NCBI GenBank assembly: GCA_017404025.1
Contig: JAFRDD010000013.1
Span: 1-62,866 of the forward strand
DNA length: 62,866 nt
From: Clostridia bacterium
GTDB taxonomy: Bacteria; Bacillota; Clostridia; TANB77; CAG-508
Reading direction: 5' to 3'
Part shown: in pieces, positions 45,205 to 54,764 of the stretch
Numbering within the stretch: position 1 is the stretch's first letter
Layout: every line of letters begins with the position of its first letter
The notes under the pieces: model-generated
Told to the model about the DNA's origin: nothing
Database searches by the model: none
Seen by the model: only the letters and a program-made list of their open reading frames with translations
Program-made: the position numbers and the translations under genes

Positions 45205-45663
45205 TTAATTTCTATCACTACGCATATTTTTTGATATTTTTTGCATTAAAGCTTCTTGCAACACTTGTGAAAAGTTTATATTTAATGCCTCGGCTTTTGT
45301 GTTTAACCATTGTGGAATAGTTAAATTTTTTCTAATTGATTTATTTCCCCATTTTTGTACAAATTCATCTAAATCAACTACAACCAATGTTTTAAATGAA
45401 CTTATTATATCTTCATCTTCTATTTCCCAATATTTTTGAACTTCTTTGATATCAATATCTTCTATTTTGCTTTGTTTTGGTATTTCATTTCTACTTACAT
45501 CTTCAAGATCCTCTAATATATAAGTAGCGATTAAATCTTGTGCCATATATAATGTTTCTTCTAATGTTTTGCCAAAAGTATTATTTGTGTTTAAATCTGG
45601 AACAAATGCCATATACTCATCTTTTGTTTGAAAAATACAAACAGGATAGATAACTTTCATCAT
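45205..45663 (-). CDS. hicB: HicB-family antitoxin
   Basis: 152-codon ORF. N-terminal VIYPVCIFQTKDEYMAFVPDL (HicB/UPF0150 fold). C-terminal ribbon-helix-helix-like NLTIPQWLNTKAEALNINFSQVLQEAL. Confidence 0.82.
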   Translation of the reverse strand: MMKVIYPVCIFQTKDEYMAFVPDLNTNNTFGKTLEETLYMAQDLIATYILEDLEDVSRNEIPKQSKIEDIDIKEVQKYWEIEDEDIISSFKTLVVVDLDEFVQKWGNKSIRKNLTIPQWLNTKAEALNINFSQVLQEALMQKISKNMRSDRN

Positions 45664-45691
45664 TAACCTCCTAATATATTACAGCGATGGT

Positions 45692-45878
45692 TTATTTCAA
45701 CCCTGCCTGTTTAAGTATACTATTGAGAGTTTTGGGCGCTATATCACCATTATGTTTGGGTATAGTTACTTTACCGTTTTTTAGTTTCATGCTTATATTG
45801 ATAATGCGAACTTTTGGAAGCTCCTATACAATGCCAACCATCTTCTCTCAATAACTTATCTACTTGTCGGAAATTCAT
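45692..45878 (-). pseudogene. hicA: HicA-family toxin, frame break at in-frame CGG (frameshifted or recoded)
   Basis: RBS GGAGGAAAG, then MNFRQVDKLLREDGWHCIGASKSSHYQYKHETKK, then CGG-TAA. The +1 frame continues GKVTIPKHNGDIAPKTLNSILKQAGLK, the conserved HicA C-terminus. Length is 187 nt (3n+1). Confidence 0.75.
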
Positions 45879-45968
45879 GACTTTCCTCCTTTCGATAATT
45901 TAATTATAATACGTATTATGCGCATTGTCAAGTAATTTTGTACATTATATTTAAAAAACGCCCAATGT

Positions 45969-46040
45969 AAGAGTTATTTTAATCTAAAATAGCAAGTATA
46001 ACTAAAGTATCTCCATAATTTAACAAAAAATGCAGATAAT
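45969..46040. repeat. Repeat R1' (decayed copy of R1)
   Basis: All 7 differences from R1 are G in R1 versus A/T here. No start codon precedes it. Confidence 0.8.
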
Positions 46041-46104
46041 ATATTTTATGTTATATTAACTTTTTTGTTAATATAGTTTTAAACCATCGACGTCTATCAT
46101 TCAT

Positions 46105-46179
46105 TTATGTTCACCATATTTTAGCTATATTTCTGGTCACAATACATTTAAAGAGGAAGTTTGTTACTTCCTCTTTTTA
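46105..46179. repeat. Repeat R2' (copy of R2, terminator for yhgE side)
   Basis: Hairpin AAAGAGGAAGT-TTGTT-ACTTCCTCTTT at 46150-46176. Ends 10 nt before the yhgE stop. Confidence 0.9.
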
Positions 46180-46188
46180 TCACATATT

Positions 46189-48363
46189 TTATTTTGATGC
46201 TTTTGCTTTATCATTTTTATTATTTTTTAATAAATCCACTACTGTTGTTATTCCTAAGCATACTATTATTATTCCTATTAAAATTGCAATATATTGTCCT
46301 TTAAAGTTTGTTGCTGTAGGAACTAAAATTTCTTTTAATAATTTTATTGAATAAGTCATTGGCAAAATATTTGTAAATCCTTGGAAACCTTTATCTATAG
46401 TTTCTACTGGGAATGTTCCTCCAGATGCAGCAAGCTGTAATACTAAAATAATTAAAGCTATAAATTTTCCAACATCATCAAAATTTCTAATTAAGCATTG
46501 AATTATACTTACAAATGCCATTCCTATTATAGTACTTGCAAATATATATAATGCCATATTTTGTATTTCAAATCCTAAACCTATTTTTAATAGTACTGCT
46601 GTAACTATACCTTCAACTGCTCCTATTCCTAAATACATAATATTTTGTAATAATTTATTAGGATTTTTACTTCCAAAAATCCAGAATCTATTTTTTTGGT
46701 CATAATATAAAACTATGTATGCCATAAGTCCACCTACCCATAATCCTATTGATAAGAATAATGGTGTAAATGCTATTCCATATGATTTTACTTCACCATA
46801 ACTTTCAGTTTTAAATTCTACTGGATCTTCAGCAAATTCTTTTATTCCGTCTAATTTTTCTAATTCTTTATTTGTTGTTTCTATTCCTTTGCTAATTTCT
46901 TTTTTAAATGTTCCTATTCCATTAACTAATTGTGTACTTCCATCATAAGCAGATTTTGTTCCTTCGCTTAATTTATTTAAAGCTGTTTTTACGTCTTTAG
47001 AACTACTATCTAGTTTTGATAACCCACTTGATAGTGCTTCACTTCCCGCTTTTGTTTTTTCTGTTCCACTTTTTAATTTTGCTATTCCTTCATTTAAACT
47101 TCCTGTTCCAACTTTAACTTTAGCTAAATTTTCTTTTAAGGCTGTTATACTTGTTCCTAAGCCTTGTATGTCTGATGTTGCATTGTTTAATTGTGATACT
47201 CCTTCACTTATTTGTGCAGTTCCATATTTTAGTTTTTCTCCCGCTGTTAATCCTGTACTGTCTGCTACCCCTAGCATTTTTGCTCCTTGAACTAAACTTG
47301 CTCCACTACTTGTATCATTTATTTTTGTTTTTACAGCTTTTAATGTTTCTATTGCTGTTCCATATTTTAATTGGTCTACTGTATTTTCTGTTGCTACTGC
47401 ATTTGTATATGCTGTTGTATATTGTGCTATCATATTTTCTAATGTTGCATCTAATGTTATTACTCCATTTGCTACTCCTTCTGTTCCATAAACATAAGTA
47501 TTTATTCCATTTCTTAATCCTTCTTCTCCATTAACACCTACATTTAATTTATTAATTCCAGATGTTAAATCTTGTATTTTACTTAAATCTGCAACATTTA
47601 ACGCTTCATTTATTTGTGCAACTCCATTGTCTAAGTTTGTAGCACCTGCTAATAATTCTTTAGCACCTGTTGTAATTTGTTCATTACCTTTATCAAGTTC
47701 TTTACTTCCTGTATAAGCAGAATTTACACCATTATCAAATTCTGTATAACTATTATTTAGTTTATTTGTGCCATCATCTATTTGGTTTAGTCCAGAATTT
47801 AAGTCTTGTGATCCTTCTAGTATTTGGTCTGCTCCATCTACTATATCTTGTAATTTTTCTGGCACTTCATTTAATTTATTTGATAATTTTTCTGCAATTT
47901 TATTATTTACTTTACCTTGTAAATTTGTTTCTACTGTTTTCATTGCACTGTTTATTATTTGTGTTGCTAAATAGTTTGTTGCTTGGTTTGGATTATATAT
48001 TATTGTTGCTTTTTGTTTTTCTTTTTCACCTGCACTATTTAAGCATTTTGTAAAATCACTTGGTATAGTAATTGTTGCATAATAATTTCCTTTTTTCATT
48101 CCTTCATTTGCTTTTTCTTCTGTTTCTTCACATATTGTAAATGTTCCATTTTCTTTTAAAGATTTTACAAATTCTTTTCCTTGATTTTCATCATTTTCTC
48201 CTTTGTCTAAATTAACTATAGCAATTTTTAATCCTGTTAAGTCTTTATATGGATCCCAATAAGATTTTAAATAAAAGAAACTATATATTATTGGTATCAA
48301 TACAACTACAGCTAAAATTACTATTTTCATGATCTTCTTAAAACTTGTTTCATTATTATTCAA
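46189..48363 (-). CDS. YhgE/Pip-domain membrane protein
   Basis: 724-codon ORF. N-terminal TM, long repetitive alpha-helical exodomain (LxxGxxxLxxG repeats), C-terminal ABC-2-like multi-TM region. Confidence 0.82.
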   Translation of the reverse strand: MNNNETSFKKIMKIVILAVVVLIPIIYSFFYLKSYWDPYKDLTGLKIAIVNLDKGENDENQGKEFVKSLKENGTFTICEETEEKANEGMKKGNYYATITIPSDFTKCLNSAGEKEKQKATIIYNPNQATNYLATQIINSAMKTVETNLQGKVNNKIAEKLSNKLNEVPEKLQDIVDGADQILEGSQDLNSGLNQIDDGTNKLNNSYTEFDNGVNSAYTGSKELDKGNEQITTGAKELLAGATNLDNGVAQINEALNVADLSKIQDLTSGINKLNVGVNGEEGLRNGINTYVYGTEGVANGVITLDATLENMIAQYTTAYTNAVATENTVDQLKYGTAIETLKAVKTKINDTSSGASLVQGAKMLGVADSTGLTAGEKLKYGTAQISEGVSQLNNATSDIQGLGTSITALKENLAKVKVGTGSLNEGIAKLKSGTEKTKAGSEALSSGLSKLDSSSKDVKTALNKLSEGTKSAYDGSTQLVNGIGTFKKEISKGIETTNKELEKLDGIKEFAEDPVEFKTESYGEVKSYGIAFTPLFLSIGLWVGGLMAYIVLYYDQKNRFWIFGSKNPNKLLQNIMYLGIGAVEGIVTAVLLKIGLGFEIQNMALYIFASTIIGMAFVSIIQCLIRNFDDVGKFIALIILVLQLAASGGTFPVETIDKGFQGFTNILPMTYSIKLLKEILVPTATNFKGQYIAILIGIIIVCLGITTVVDLLKNNKNDKAKASK

Positions 48364-48937
48364 TTTCTTTTCCGCCCTTTCTTAGCCCATTTTTTAATAC
48401 ATTGGTGATTGTATTTGCTATTATTTTGTCATCTAATTTTTTGTTGTTTTCATCCCAATCAAATATTAAGGCCATATACATTTTATAAACTAAAAATGAT
48501 GTTACATCTACATCTTCATAATAGATGTATCCTTTTTCTTTTGCTTCTTCCAATTTTTGTTTTATATAATTTTGAATTTGTTCATCTATTAGTTGTAAAT
48601 TTTGAATTACAACAGGATTTTTTAGCCATTCAGCTTCTTCAGCAATTATATTCAAAAAATCTTTTTCTTTTTTGTATATTAACAAATTATATATGCCTTC
48701 ATTTACAGTTTCAAAAAAGCCTGAATTTTTCTTTTCAACTTCTTCTACTATGTTTTTCATATTTGTAAGTTCTTCTTTTATAAAGTATTTTAAAAGTTCT
48801 TCTTTACTAGGAAAATGCATATATATTGTTTTTTTCGTTACTCCTGCAGCATTTGCAATTTCATCCATAGATACTTTTTTAAATCCAAATTTATGAAATA
48901 ATTTTCTTGCTGCTTCTATTATTTGTTTTTCTTTCAA
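48356..48937 (-). CDS. TetR/AcrR-family transcriptional regulator
   Basis: 193-codon ORF. HTH segment is FGFKKVSMDEIANAAGVTKKTIYMHFPSKEELL. Overlaps yhgE by 8 nt. Confidence 0.9.
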   Translation of the reverse strand: MKEKQIIEAARKLFHKFGFKKVSMDEIANAAGVTKKTIYMHFPSKEELLKYFIKEELTNMKNIVEEVEKKNSGFFETVNEGIYNLLIYKKEKDFLNIIAEEAEWLKNPVVIQNLQLIDEQIQNYIKQKLEEAKEKGYIYYEDVDVTSFLVYKMYMALIFDWDENNKKLDDKIIANTITNVLKNGLRKGGKEIE

Positions 48938-48985
48938 TTCGCTCCCTCCTTCGTTTTTTATATTATATGCAACGTTTTATACTTT

Positions 48986-49012
48986 GTATACTGTTTCAGT
49001 TTCTTAGTATAC
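48986..49012. promoter_or_regulatory. Candidate TetR operator
   Basis: Inverted repeat GTATACT-N13-AGTATAC, with a third TATACT just upstream, about 50-75 nt upstream of the tetR start. Confidence 0.25.
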
Positions 49013-49087
49013 TATCTTTTTTTGTTTTTGTCAACTGTTTTTTGTTTTTTGAAAAAAAAAATAACGGATAAAGCTAGGCTTTTCCGT

Positions 49088-49437
49088 TCATTTTTCATCT
49101 GATTCTTTCAAGATTTTTTGTATATTTTCTTTTAATTCTATAATATCATTTTTTAATATATACCATATACTTTTTAAACTTATTCCTTCATAATCATGTA
49201 CTATTCTATTTCTTAGTCCTTTAATCATATTCCATTCAATGTTTGTATATTGTTCCATTGTTTCTTTTGAGATATTTTTTACTAATTCTCCTATTTGACT
49301 AATATTAAATACAGTTGCATCTATTGTCTTTTTTCATCTTCACAGAATCGTTCAAAAGTATATCCTTCTGTATATTTTAATGACTTGTCTATATATTCTA
49401 TCATTTTTACAAAAGATATATATTCTTTATTTTTCAT
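49088..49437 (-). pseudogene. HEPN (DUF86-type) toxin, -1 frame break at an A6 run
   Basis: MKNKEYISFVKMIEYIDKSLKYTEGYTFERFCEDEK, then stop 2 codons later. The -1 frame continues KTIDATVFNISQIGELVKNIS...GLRNRIVHDYEGI (RX4HXY motif). The frames join if the A6 run (plus T6 at 49329-49334) were A7. The ATG overlaps the MNT stop. Confidence 0.75.
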
Positions 49438-49735
49438 ATACAACAACCCCTGTTCTTTTAATTTCTTTATCTATTCTAGAATTTTCGATTATTTCTGATT
49501 TTTCAAATGCGTCTACATCTTTTTTAAATGTTTCTTCTATTTTTGTTATTAAACTGAATAACTTAAATCCTATTAGCTGCTCTTTTGTATCTATTACAAA
49601 ATCTAAGTCACTGTCCTTGGTAGCTTGATTTTTTGCATAAGACCCAAAAAGAATTACATTTTCAACAGGCATATTCTTTAATATTTGTTTCAGAATCTTT
49701 TTTATTTCTTCAACCGTATATACTTTTTCACTCAA
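49427..49735 (-). CDS. Nucleotidyltransferase (MNT-type antitoxin)
   Basis: 102-codon ORF with GSYAKNQATKDSDLDFVI motif. Confidence 0.85.
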   Translation of the reverse strand: MSEKVYTVEEIKKILKQILKNMPVENVILFGSYAKNQATKDSDLDFVIDTKEQLIGFKLFSLITKIEETFKKDVDAFEKSEIIENSRIDKEIKRTGVVVYEK

Positions 49736-49850
49736 AGTAACTTCCTCCTTTACAGGTAAATTTTTTCCTTACACAAAAATAAAATGCATTTATTCCTATA
49801 TTTATAATATAGCATAAAGTACATTTTATTTCAATACATTTATTTAATTT

Positions 49851-49940
49851 TGGCGGAGATGAGAGGGTTCGAACCTCCGCGCCGTTTTCACGACCTAACT
49901 GTTTAGCAAACAGTCCCCTTCACCACTTGGGTACATCTCC
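49851..49940 (-). tRNA. tRNA-Ser (anticodon GCT)
   Basis: 90 nt. Acceptor GGAGATG, anticodon stem ACTGT/ACAGT with loop TTGCTAA, long variable arm, T arm GGAGGTTCGAACCCTC, CCA encoded. Confidence 0.9.
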
Positions 49941-49990
49941 ATTTATAAATTAAAAGTTAGATATTTTATTCATATCTAACTAAATAAAGT

Positions 49991-50082
<92 letters not shown>

Positions 50083-50149
50083 AAGTCCTGCGACAGTATT
50101 TATATTAGCATATTTTACTGCCGCTTGTCAATAGTAATTTCTAACTTTT

Positions 50150-50992
50150 TTATTTTATTAAGTCTAATATTCTTTCTAAGTCGTCATTTGAGCTATATTC
50201 TATAACTATTTTTCCTCTTCTTTTTCCTGCATCAAGTCTTACTTTCGTACCAAAAAATCCTTGAAATGTATTTTCTATATCTTTATATAAAGCATGATTT
50301 TTTTCTTGTTCTACTTTTGATGTTTTAATTTTAACTGCTTTTTCTAATTGTCTTACTGTAGCACCTCTTTCTATCATCTGTACTGCTGTTCTATATTGTC
50401 TTTCATTATCTGTGATAGAAAGTAATGATTTGCAATGTCCTTCTGTTAGTTTACCCTCTTTAGCAAATTCTAATACACGTGGGTCCAAATTTAGTATTCT
50501 TACTGAATTTGCTACTGCACTTCTACTTTTTCCTAATTTTTTTGCAACGTCTTCTTGCCTTAAACCATATTCGTCCATTAAATGTTTTATTCCTACTGCT
50601 TTTTCATAAGGATTTAAATCTTCTCTTTGTATATTTTCTATTAATGCAATTTCTGAATTCTTTTTCTCATCATTTTCTCTAATAATTGATGGTATTTCTT
50701 TTAAACCTGCTATTTTACAAGCTCTCCATCTTCTTTCTCCTGCTACAATTTGATAGTAATCATCTCTTTTGGTAACTACTATTGGTTGTATTAAACCATA
50801 TTCTTTTATTGATTCTGCAAGTTCTTCTAATGCTTCTTGATCAAATCTTTTTCTTGGTTGATCTCTATTTGGTTCTACATCTGTTATTTTTAAATTTTTT
50901 AATACATCTGTTTCTTGTAATTGCTCTTCTGGTACTGGAGTTTGACCAAATAATGCATCTAACCCTTTTCCTAACCCTGACATTTTTGCCAT
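50150..50992 (-). CDS. spo0J: Chromosome partitioning protein ParB/Spo0J
   Basis: 280-codon ORF with ParB box IVAGERRWRACK and an HTH region. Confidence 0.92.
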   Translation of the reverse strand: MAKMSGLGKGLDALFGQTPVPEEQLQETDVLKNLKITDVEPNRDQPRKRFDQEALEELAESIKEYGLIQPIVVTKRDDYYQIVAGERRWRACKIAGLKEIPSIIRENDEKKNSEIALIENIQREDLNPYEKAVGIKHLMDEYGLRQEDVAKKLGKSRSAVANSVRILNLDPRVLEFAKEGKLTEGHCKSLLSITDNERQYRTAVQMIERGATVRQLEKAVKIKTSKVEQEKNHALYKDIENTFQGFFGTKVRLDAGKRRGKIVIEYSSNDDLERILDLIK

Positions 50993-51004
50993 TTTATATA
51001 CCTC

Positions 51005-51793
51005 CTATCTCATATGTTTAGCTTTTTGTTCTTCTTCATTAATTTTTACAAATTCTTTAGCAAATTTTATATAACTTTTTGCACCTTTTGAACGTGGATC
51101 ATATATTGTTATTGGAAGTCCAAAACTAGGTGCTTCACTAAGTCTTACATTCCTTGGTATTACTGTTTTGTATACTTTATCCCCAAAGTATTTTTTTACT
51201 TCTTTTACTACTTGATTTGAAAGATTCGTTCTTATGTCATACATTGTAAGTAAAGCCCCTTCTATCTCTATTTCTTTATTTAGATGCTTTTTTACAAGAT
51301 TTACTGTATTTAATAATTGACCTAATCCTTCTAAAGCAAAATATTCACATTGCACAGGTATTAACACGCTATTTGATGCAGTAAAGGCATTAAGCGTAAT
51401 TAATCCTAAAGATGGTGGACAATCTATTAAAATATAGTCATATCTATTTTTGGCTATATCCAATTTTTCTTTTAAACGCTGTTCCCTTGACATCATAGAA
51501 ACCAGCTCTACTTCAGCCCCTGCCAAACTTATGTTTGATGGACATACATCAAGATTTTTTATTGATGTACTTACTGTAGCTTCTTCCATTGAAGTTTCTC
51601 CTACTAATACATCATATATTGATAATTCTACCTCTTTTTCAATACCAAGTCCACTAGTTGCATTACCTTGTGGATCTGCATCTATTAATAATACTTTTTT
51701 GCCTTTTTTCGCTAAAATAGTACATAAATTTACAGTTGTAGTTGTCTTTCCTACTCCACCTTTTTGATTTGCTACAGATATAATTTTACTCAT
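51005..51793 (-). CDS. soj: Chromosome partitioning ATPase ParA/Soj
   Basis: Deviant Walker A is NQKGGVGKTT. Start taken at MSKIISV (51793); the ORF track extends 5 codons further. Confidence 0.92.
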   Translation of the reverse strand: MSKIISVANQKGGVGKTTTTVNLCTILAKKGKKVLLIDADPQGNATSGLGIEKEVELSIYDVLVGETSMEEATVSTSIKNLDVCPSNISLAGAEVELVSMMSREQRLKEKLDIAKNRYDYILIDCPPSLGLITLNAFTASNSVLIPVQCEYFALEGLGQLLNTVNLVKKHLNKEIEIEGALLTMYDIRTNLSNQVVKEVKKYFGDKVYKTVIPRNVRLSEAPSFGLPITIYDPRSKGAKSYIKFAKEFVKINEEEQKAKHMR

Positions 51794-51897
51794 TTGGCTT
51801 GCCCCCATTTCTGTTTTTTTCTACCTTAATATAATATAAAAATATTGTAAAAAAGTCAATAAAAAAAGACAAATATTTTGTCTTTTTTTATTATATT

Positions 51898-52620
51898 TTA
51901 TCTTATTGGTTCCTTGCTTGGGATTCCTGCTTTTCTTGGATATTTTTTGTCTGTTTTACTTATTTTTTTTACTATTACAATGTTCCTTGAAAAATCACTA
52001 TTGGGTAATCTGAATGATTTAATATCTTCTATTTTTCCACCAAGGGTTTTTATTGCGACTTTACTTTGTTCTATTTCTTCGTTTATATCTGGTCCTTTCA
52101 TACATATGCATTTTCCATTTATTTTTACAAGCGGAATTAGGTATTCAGAAAGTGTTGATAAATTTGCTACAGCTCTTGATGTTGAAATATCGAATTTTTC
52201 TCTATATTCTTCCGTTTTTCCTATTTCTTCAGCTCTTGCATGTATTGCTTTAATATTTTTTAATTCTAATTTATTTATTACTTCATTTAAAAAGTTAATT
52301 CTTTTATTTAATGAGTCTACTAAAACTACTTCAACATCATCTCTTATAATTTTTATAGGTATTCCAGGGAATCCTGCTCCTGTTCCAACATCTATAATTG
52401 ATTTATTTTTATCTATGTATTTATTAATTGTTAAAGAATCAACAAAATGCTTTAATATTATTTCCTTTTTATCTGTTATTGCCGTTAAATTCATTTTTTG
52501 ATTCCATTCTAATAAAATGTCCATATACATATATAGTTTTTCTAATTGTTCTTCATTCAACTCTATATCCAATTTTAATGAATTTTCTCTCATTTCCCTA
52601 TAAAATTCTTCTTTTTCCAT
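51898..52620 (-). CDS. rsmG: 16S rRNA (guanine527-N7)-methyltransferase
   Basis: 240-codon ORF with SAM loop DVGTGAGFPGIP. Canonical position after mnmG. Confidence 0.9.
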   Translation of the reverse strand: MEKEEFYREMRENSLKLDIELNEEQLEKLYMYMDILLEWNQKMNLTAITDKKEIILKHFVDSLTINKYIDKNKSIIDVGTGAGFPGIPIKIIRDDVEVVLVDSLNKRINFLNEVINKLELKNIKAIHARAEEIGKTEEYREKFDISTSRAVANLSTLSEYLIPLVKINGKCICMKGPDINEEIEQSKVAIKTLGGKIEDIKSFRLPNSDFSRNIVIVKKISKTDKKYPRKAGIPSKEPIR

Positions 52621-52630
52621 ATAGACCCCC

Positions 52631-54505
52631 TTATTTCTTTTTTTGCATTTGTAAATATATTAAAAGTACCGAAATATCTGCTGGAGATACCCCAGATATT
52701 CTTGAAGCTTGTCCTACAGAATGTGGCTTGAATTTGTTTAATTTCTGCCTTCCCTCTAAGCTTATACCATTTATTTTTTCATAATCTATATTGTCTGGTA
52801 ATACTTTTTCTTCTAATTTTTTAAATTTTTCTACTTGTGCTTCTTGCATTTTGATATATCCTTCATATTTTATTTCAATTTCGACTTGTTCTTTTTCTTG
52901 ATATGTTAATTCTGGTCTGTCTGGATCTATTGGAGCCAGTTTTTCATAGTTTAGTTCTGTTCTTTTTAATAACTCTGCCATTTTTGTTCCTGTTGTAAGC
53001 TCTGAAGTTCCATTTTCTCTTAATAATTTGTTAACTTCTTCTGTTGGCCTTACTATAGTATTTCTTAATCTTTCAATTTCCTTTGTTGAATTTTGTCGTT
53101 TCTTGTCGAACATCTTATATCTTTCATCTGAAATTAATCCTATTTCATGTCCTATTTCAGTTAATCTTATATCTGCATTATCTTGTCTTAATAAAAGTCT
53201 ATATTCAGCTCTAGATGTCATCATTCTATATGGCTCATTTGTTCCTTTTGTTACAATATCATCAATTAGAACTCCTATATAAGCTTGTGTTCTATCTAAT
53301 ATTAAAGGTTCTTTACCTTGTATCTTTCTTGCTGCATTTATCCCTGCAATTAGTCCTTGGCAAGCTGCTTCTTCATATCCTGAAGTTCCATTTATTTGTC
53401 CTGCTGTAAATAATCCATCTATAGTTTTGTACTCTAAAGATAGTTTCATATTTGATGGATTAATGCAATCATATTCAATCGCATATGCTGGTCTTGTAAA
53501 TTCAGCTTTTTCTAGTCCAGGTATTGTATGATAAAAAGCTATTTGGACATCTTCTGGTAATGACGAACTTATTCCTTGTATGTACATTTCTTCTGTGTCT
53601 AACCCAACAGGCTCTACAAACGCTTGATGTCTTGGCTTTTCGCTAAATCTAACTACTTTGTCTTCTATTGATGGGCAATATCTTGGTCCTGTACCTTCTA
53701 TTTTTCCAGCATATAGTGGTGATCTGTGCAAATTTTCTCTAATAATTTTATGTGTTTCCTCTGTTGTATATGTTAAATAACAATCTACTTGTTTCAATTC
53801 TTTTATTTCATCTTCAAAAGAAAAAGGTACAATATTTTCATCACCTTTTTGGACTTCCATTTTACTAAAGTCTATACTTCTTCTATTTATTCTTGCCGGT
53901 GTTCCGGTTTTAAATCTAACAAGTTCTACTCCAATGTTCTTCAAACAATCAGATAATTTATTTGCTGCTGCAACTCCATCAGGCCCACTTTCTTGAGAAA
54001 ATTCTCCTATATATATTTTCCCTTTTAAATATGTTCCTGTGGCTAATATTAATGTTTTTACATTGTAAACAGCTCCAACATTTGTTTCAATTGATTTCAC
54101 TTTTCCATCTTCAATTTCAATATTTACAATTTCGGCTTGTTTTAACTCTAAGTTTTCTTGTTTTTCTAATGTATGCTTCATTTCCATTTGATATCTTTTT
54201 CTATCTGCTTGTGCTCTTAAAGAATGTACAGCTGGCCCTTTAGATGTGTTTAACATTTTTATTTGTATCATTGTTTTATCTATATTTTTCCCCATTTCTC
54301 CGCCTAGAGCATCTATTTCTCTAACTAAATGTCCTTTAGAGCTTCCTCCTATATGTGGATTACATGGCATATTAGCTATGTTTTCTAAGCTTATTGAAAA
54401 TATTAATGTTTTCATTCCTAATCTTGCTGCCGCCAGTGCTGCTTCACAACCTGCATGGCCAGCTCCAACGACTGCTACATCATAATCTCCTGCAAAATAT
54501 TTCAT
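52631..54505 (-). CDS. mnmG: tRNA uridine 5-carboxymethylaminomethyl modification enzyme MnmG (GidA)
   Basis: 624 codons from [23 protein letters not shown] (FAD fold). The ORF-track N-terminal extension lacks an RBS. Confidence 0.95.
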   Translation of the reverse strand: MKYFAGDYDVAVVGAGHAGCEAALAAARLGMKTLIFSISLENIANMPCNPHIGGSSKGHLVREIDALGGEMGKNIDKTMIQIKMLNTSKGPAVHSLRAQADRKRYQMEMKHTLEKQENLELKQAEIVNIEIEDGKVKSIETNVGAVYNVKTLILATGTYLKGKIYIGEFSQESGPDGVAAANKLSDCLKNIGVELVRFKTGTPARINRRSIDFSKMEVQKGDENIVPFSFEDEIKELKQVDCYLTYTTEETHKIIRENLHRSPLYAGKIEGTGPRYCPSIEDKVVRFSEKPRHQAFVEPVGLDTEEMYIQGISSSLPEDVQIAFYHTIPGLEKAEFTRPAYAIEYDCINPSNMKLSLEYKTIDGLFTAGQINGTSGYEEAACQGLIAGINAARKIQGKEPLILDRTQAYIGVLIDDIVTKGTNEPYRMMTSRAEYRLLLRQDNADIRLTEIGHEIGLISDERYKMFDKKRQNSTKEIERLRNTIVRPTEEVNKLLRENGTSELTTGTKMAELLKRTELNYEKLAPIDPDRPELTYQEKEQVEIEIKYEGYIKMQEAQVEKFKKLEEKVLPDNIDYEKINGISLEGRQKLNKFKPHSVGQASRISGVSPADISVLLIYLQMQKKK

Positions 54506-54764
54506 ATCTATTCCTTCTTTCATTTCTATGTGAAACAGGAAACCCTGTTTTCCCGCCACTTAGCGGTGATTTTTACTTATTAGTTACCGTATTATATTAT
54601 GTCGTTATTTTTTACTTATTGATTTATTTTTTGTGACCTGTTTTTTATATTGCCACTATATTCTCTTTATTTTCAATTATAAGGCATTTTTGTTTTTATA
54701 TTATTAATTTATCGTTTTTATATTATTATCGTCTTATTTTTGATTCTCGTTTGATATTTTATTA

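Noticed and set aside
54528-54552. parS-like half site GTGAAACA and hairpin AAACAGG-GTTT-CCTGTTT between mnmE and mnmG; also CACGTG at 50474-50479 inside parB
   Set aside because: The best 16-mer has four mismatches to TGTTNCACGTGAAACA. The CACGTG flanks do not match either. I found no convincing parS in the window.
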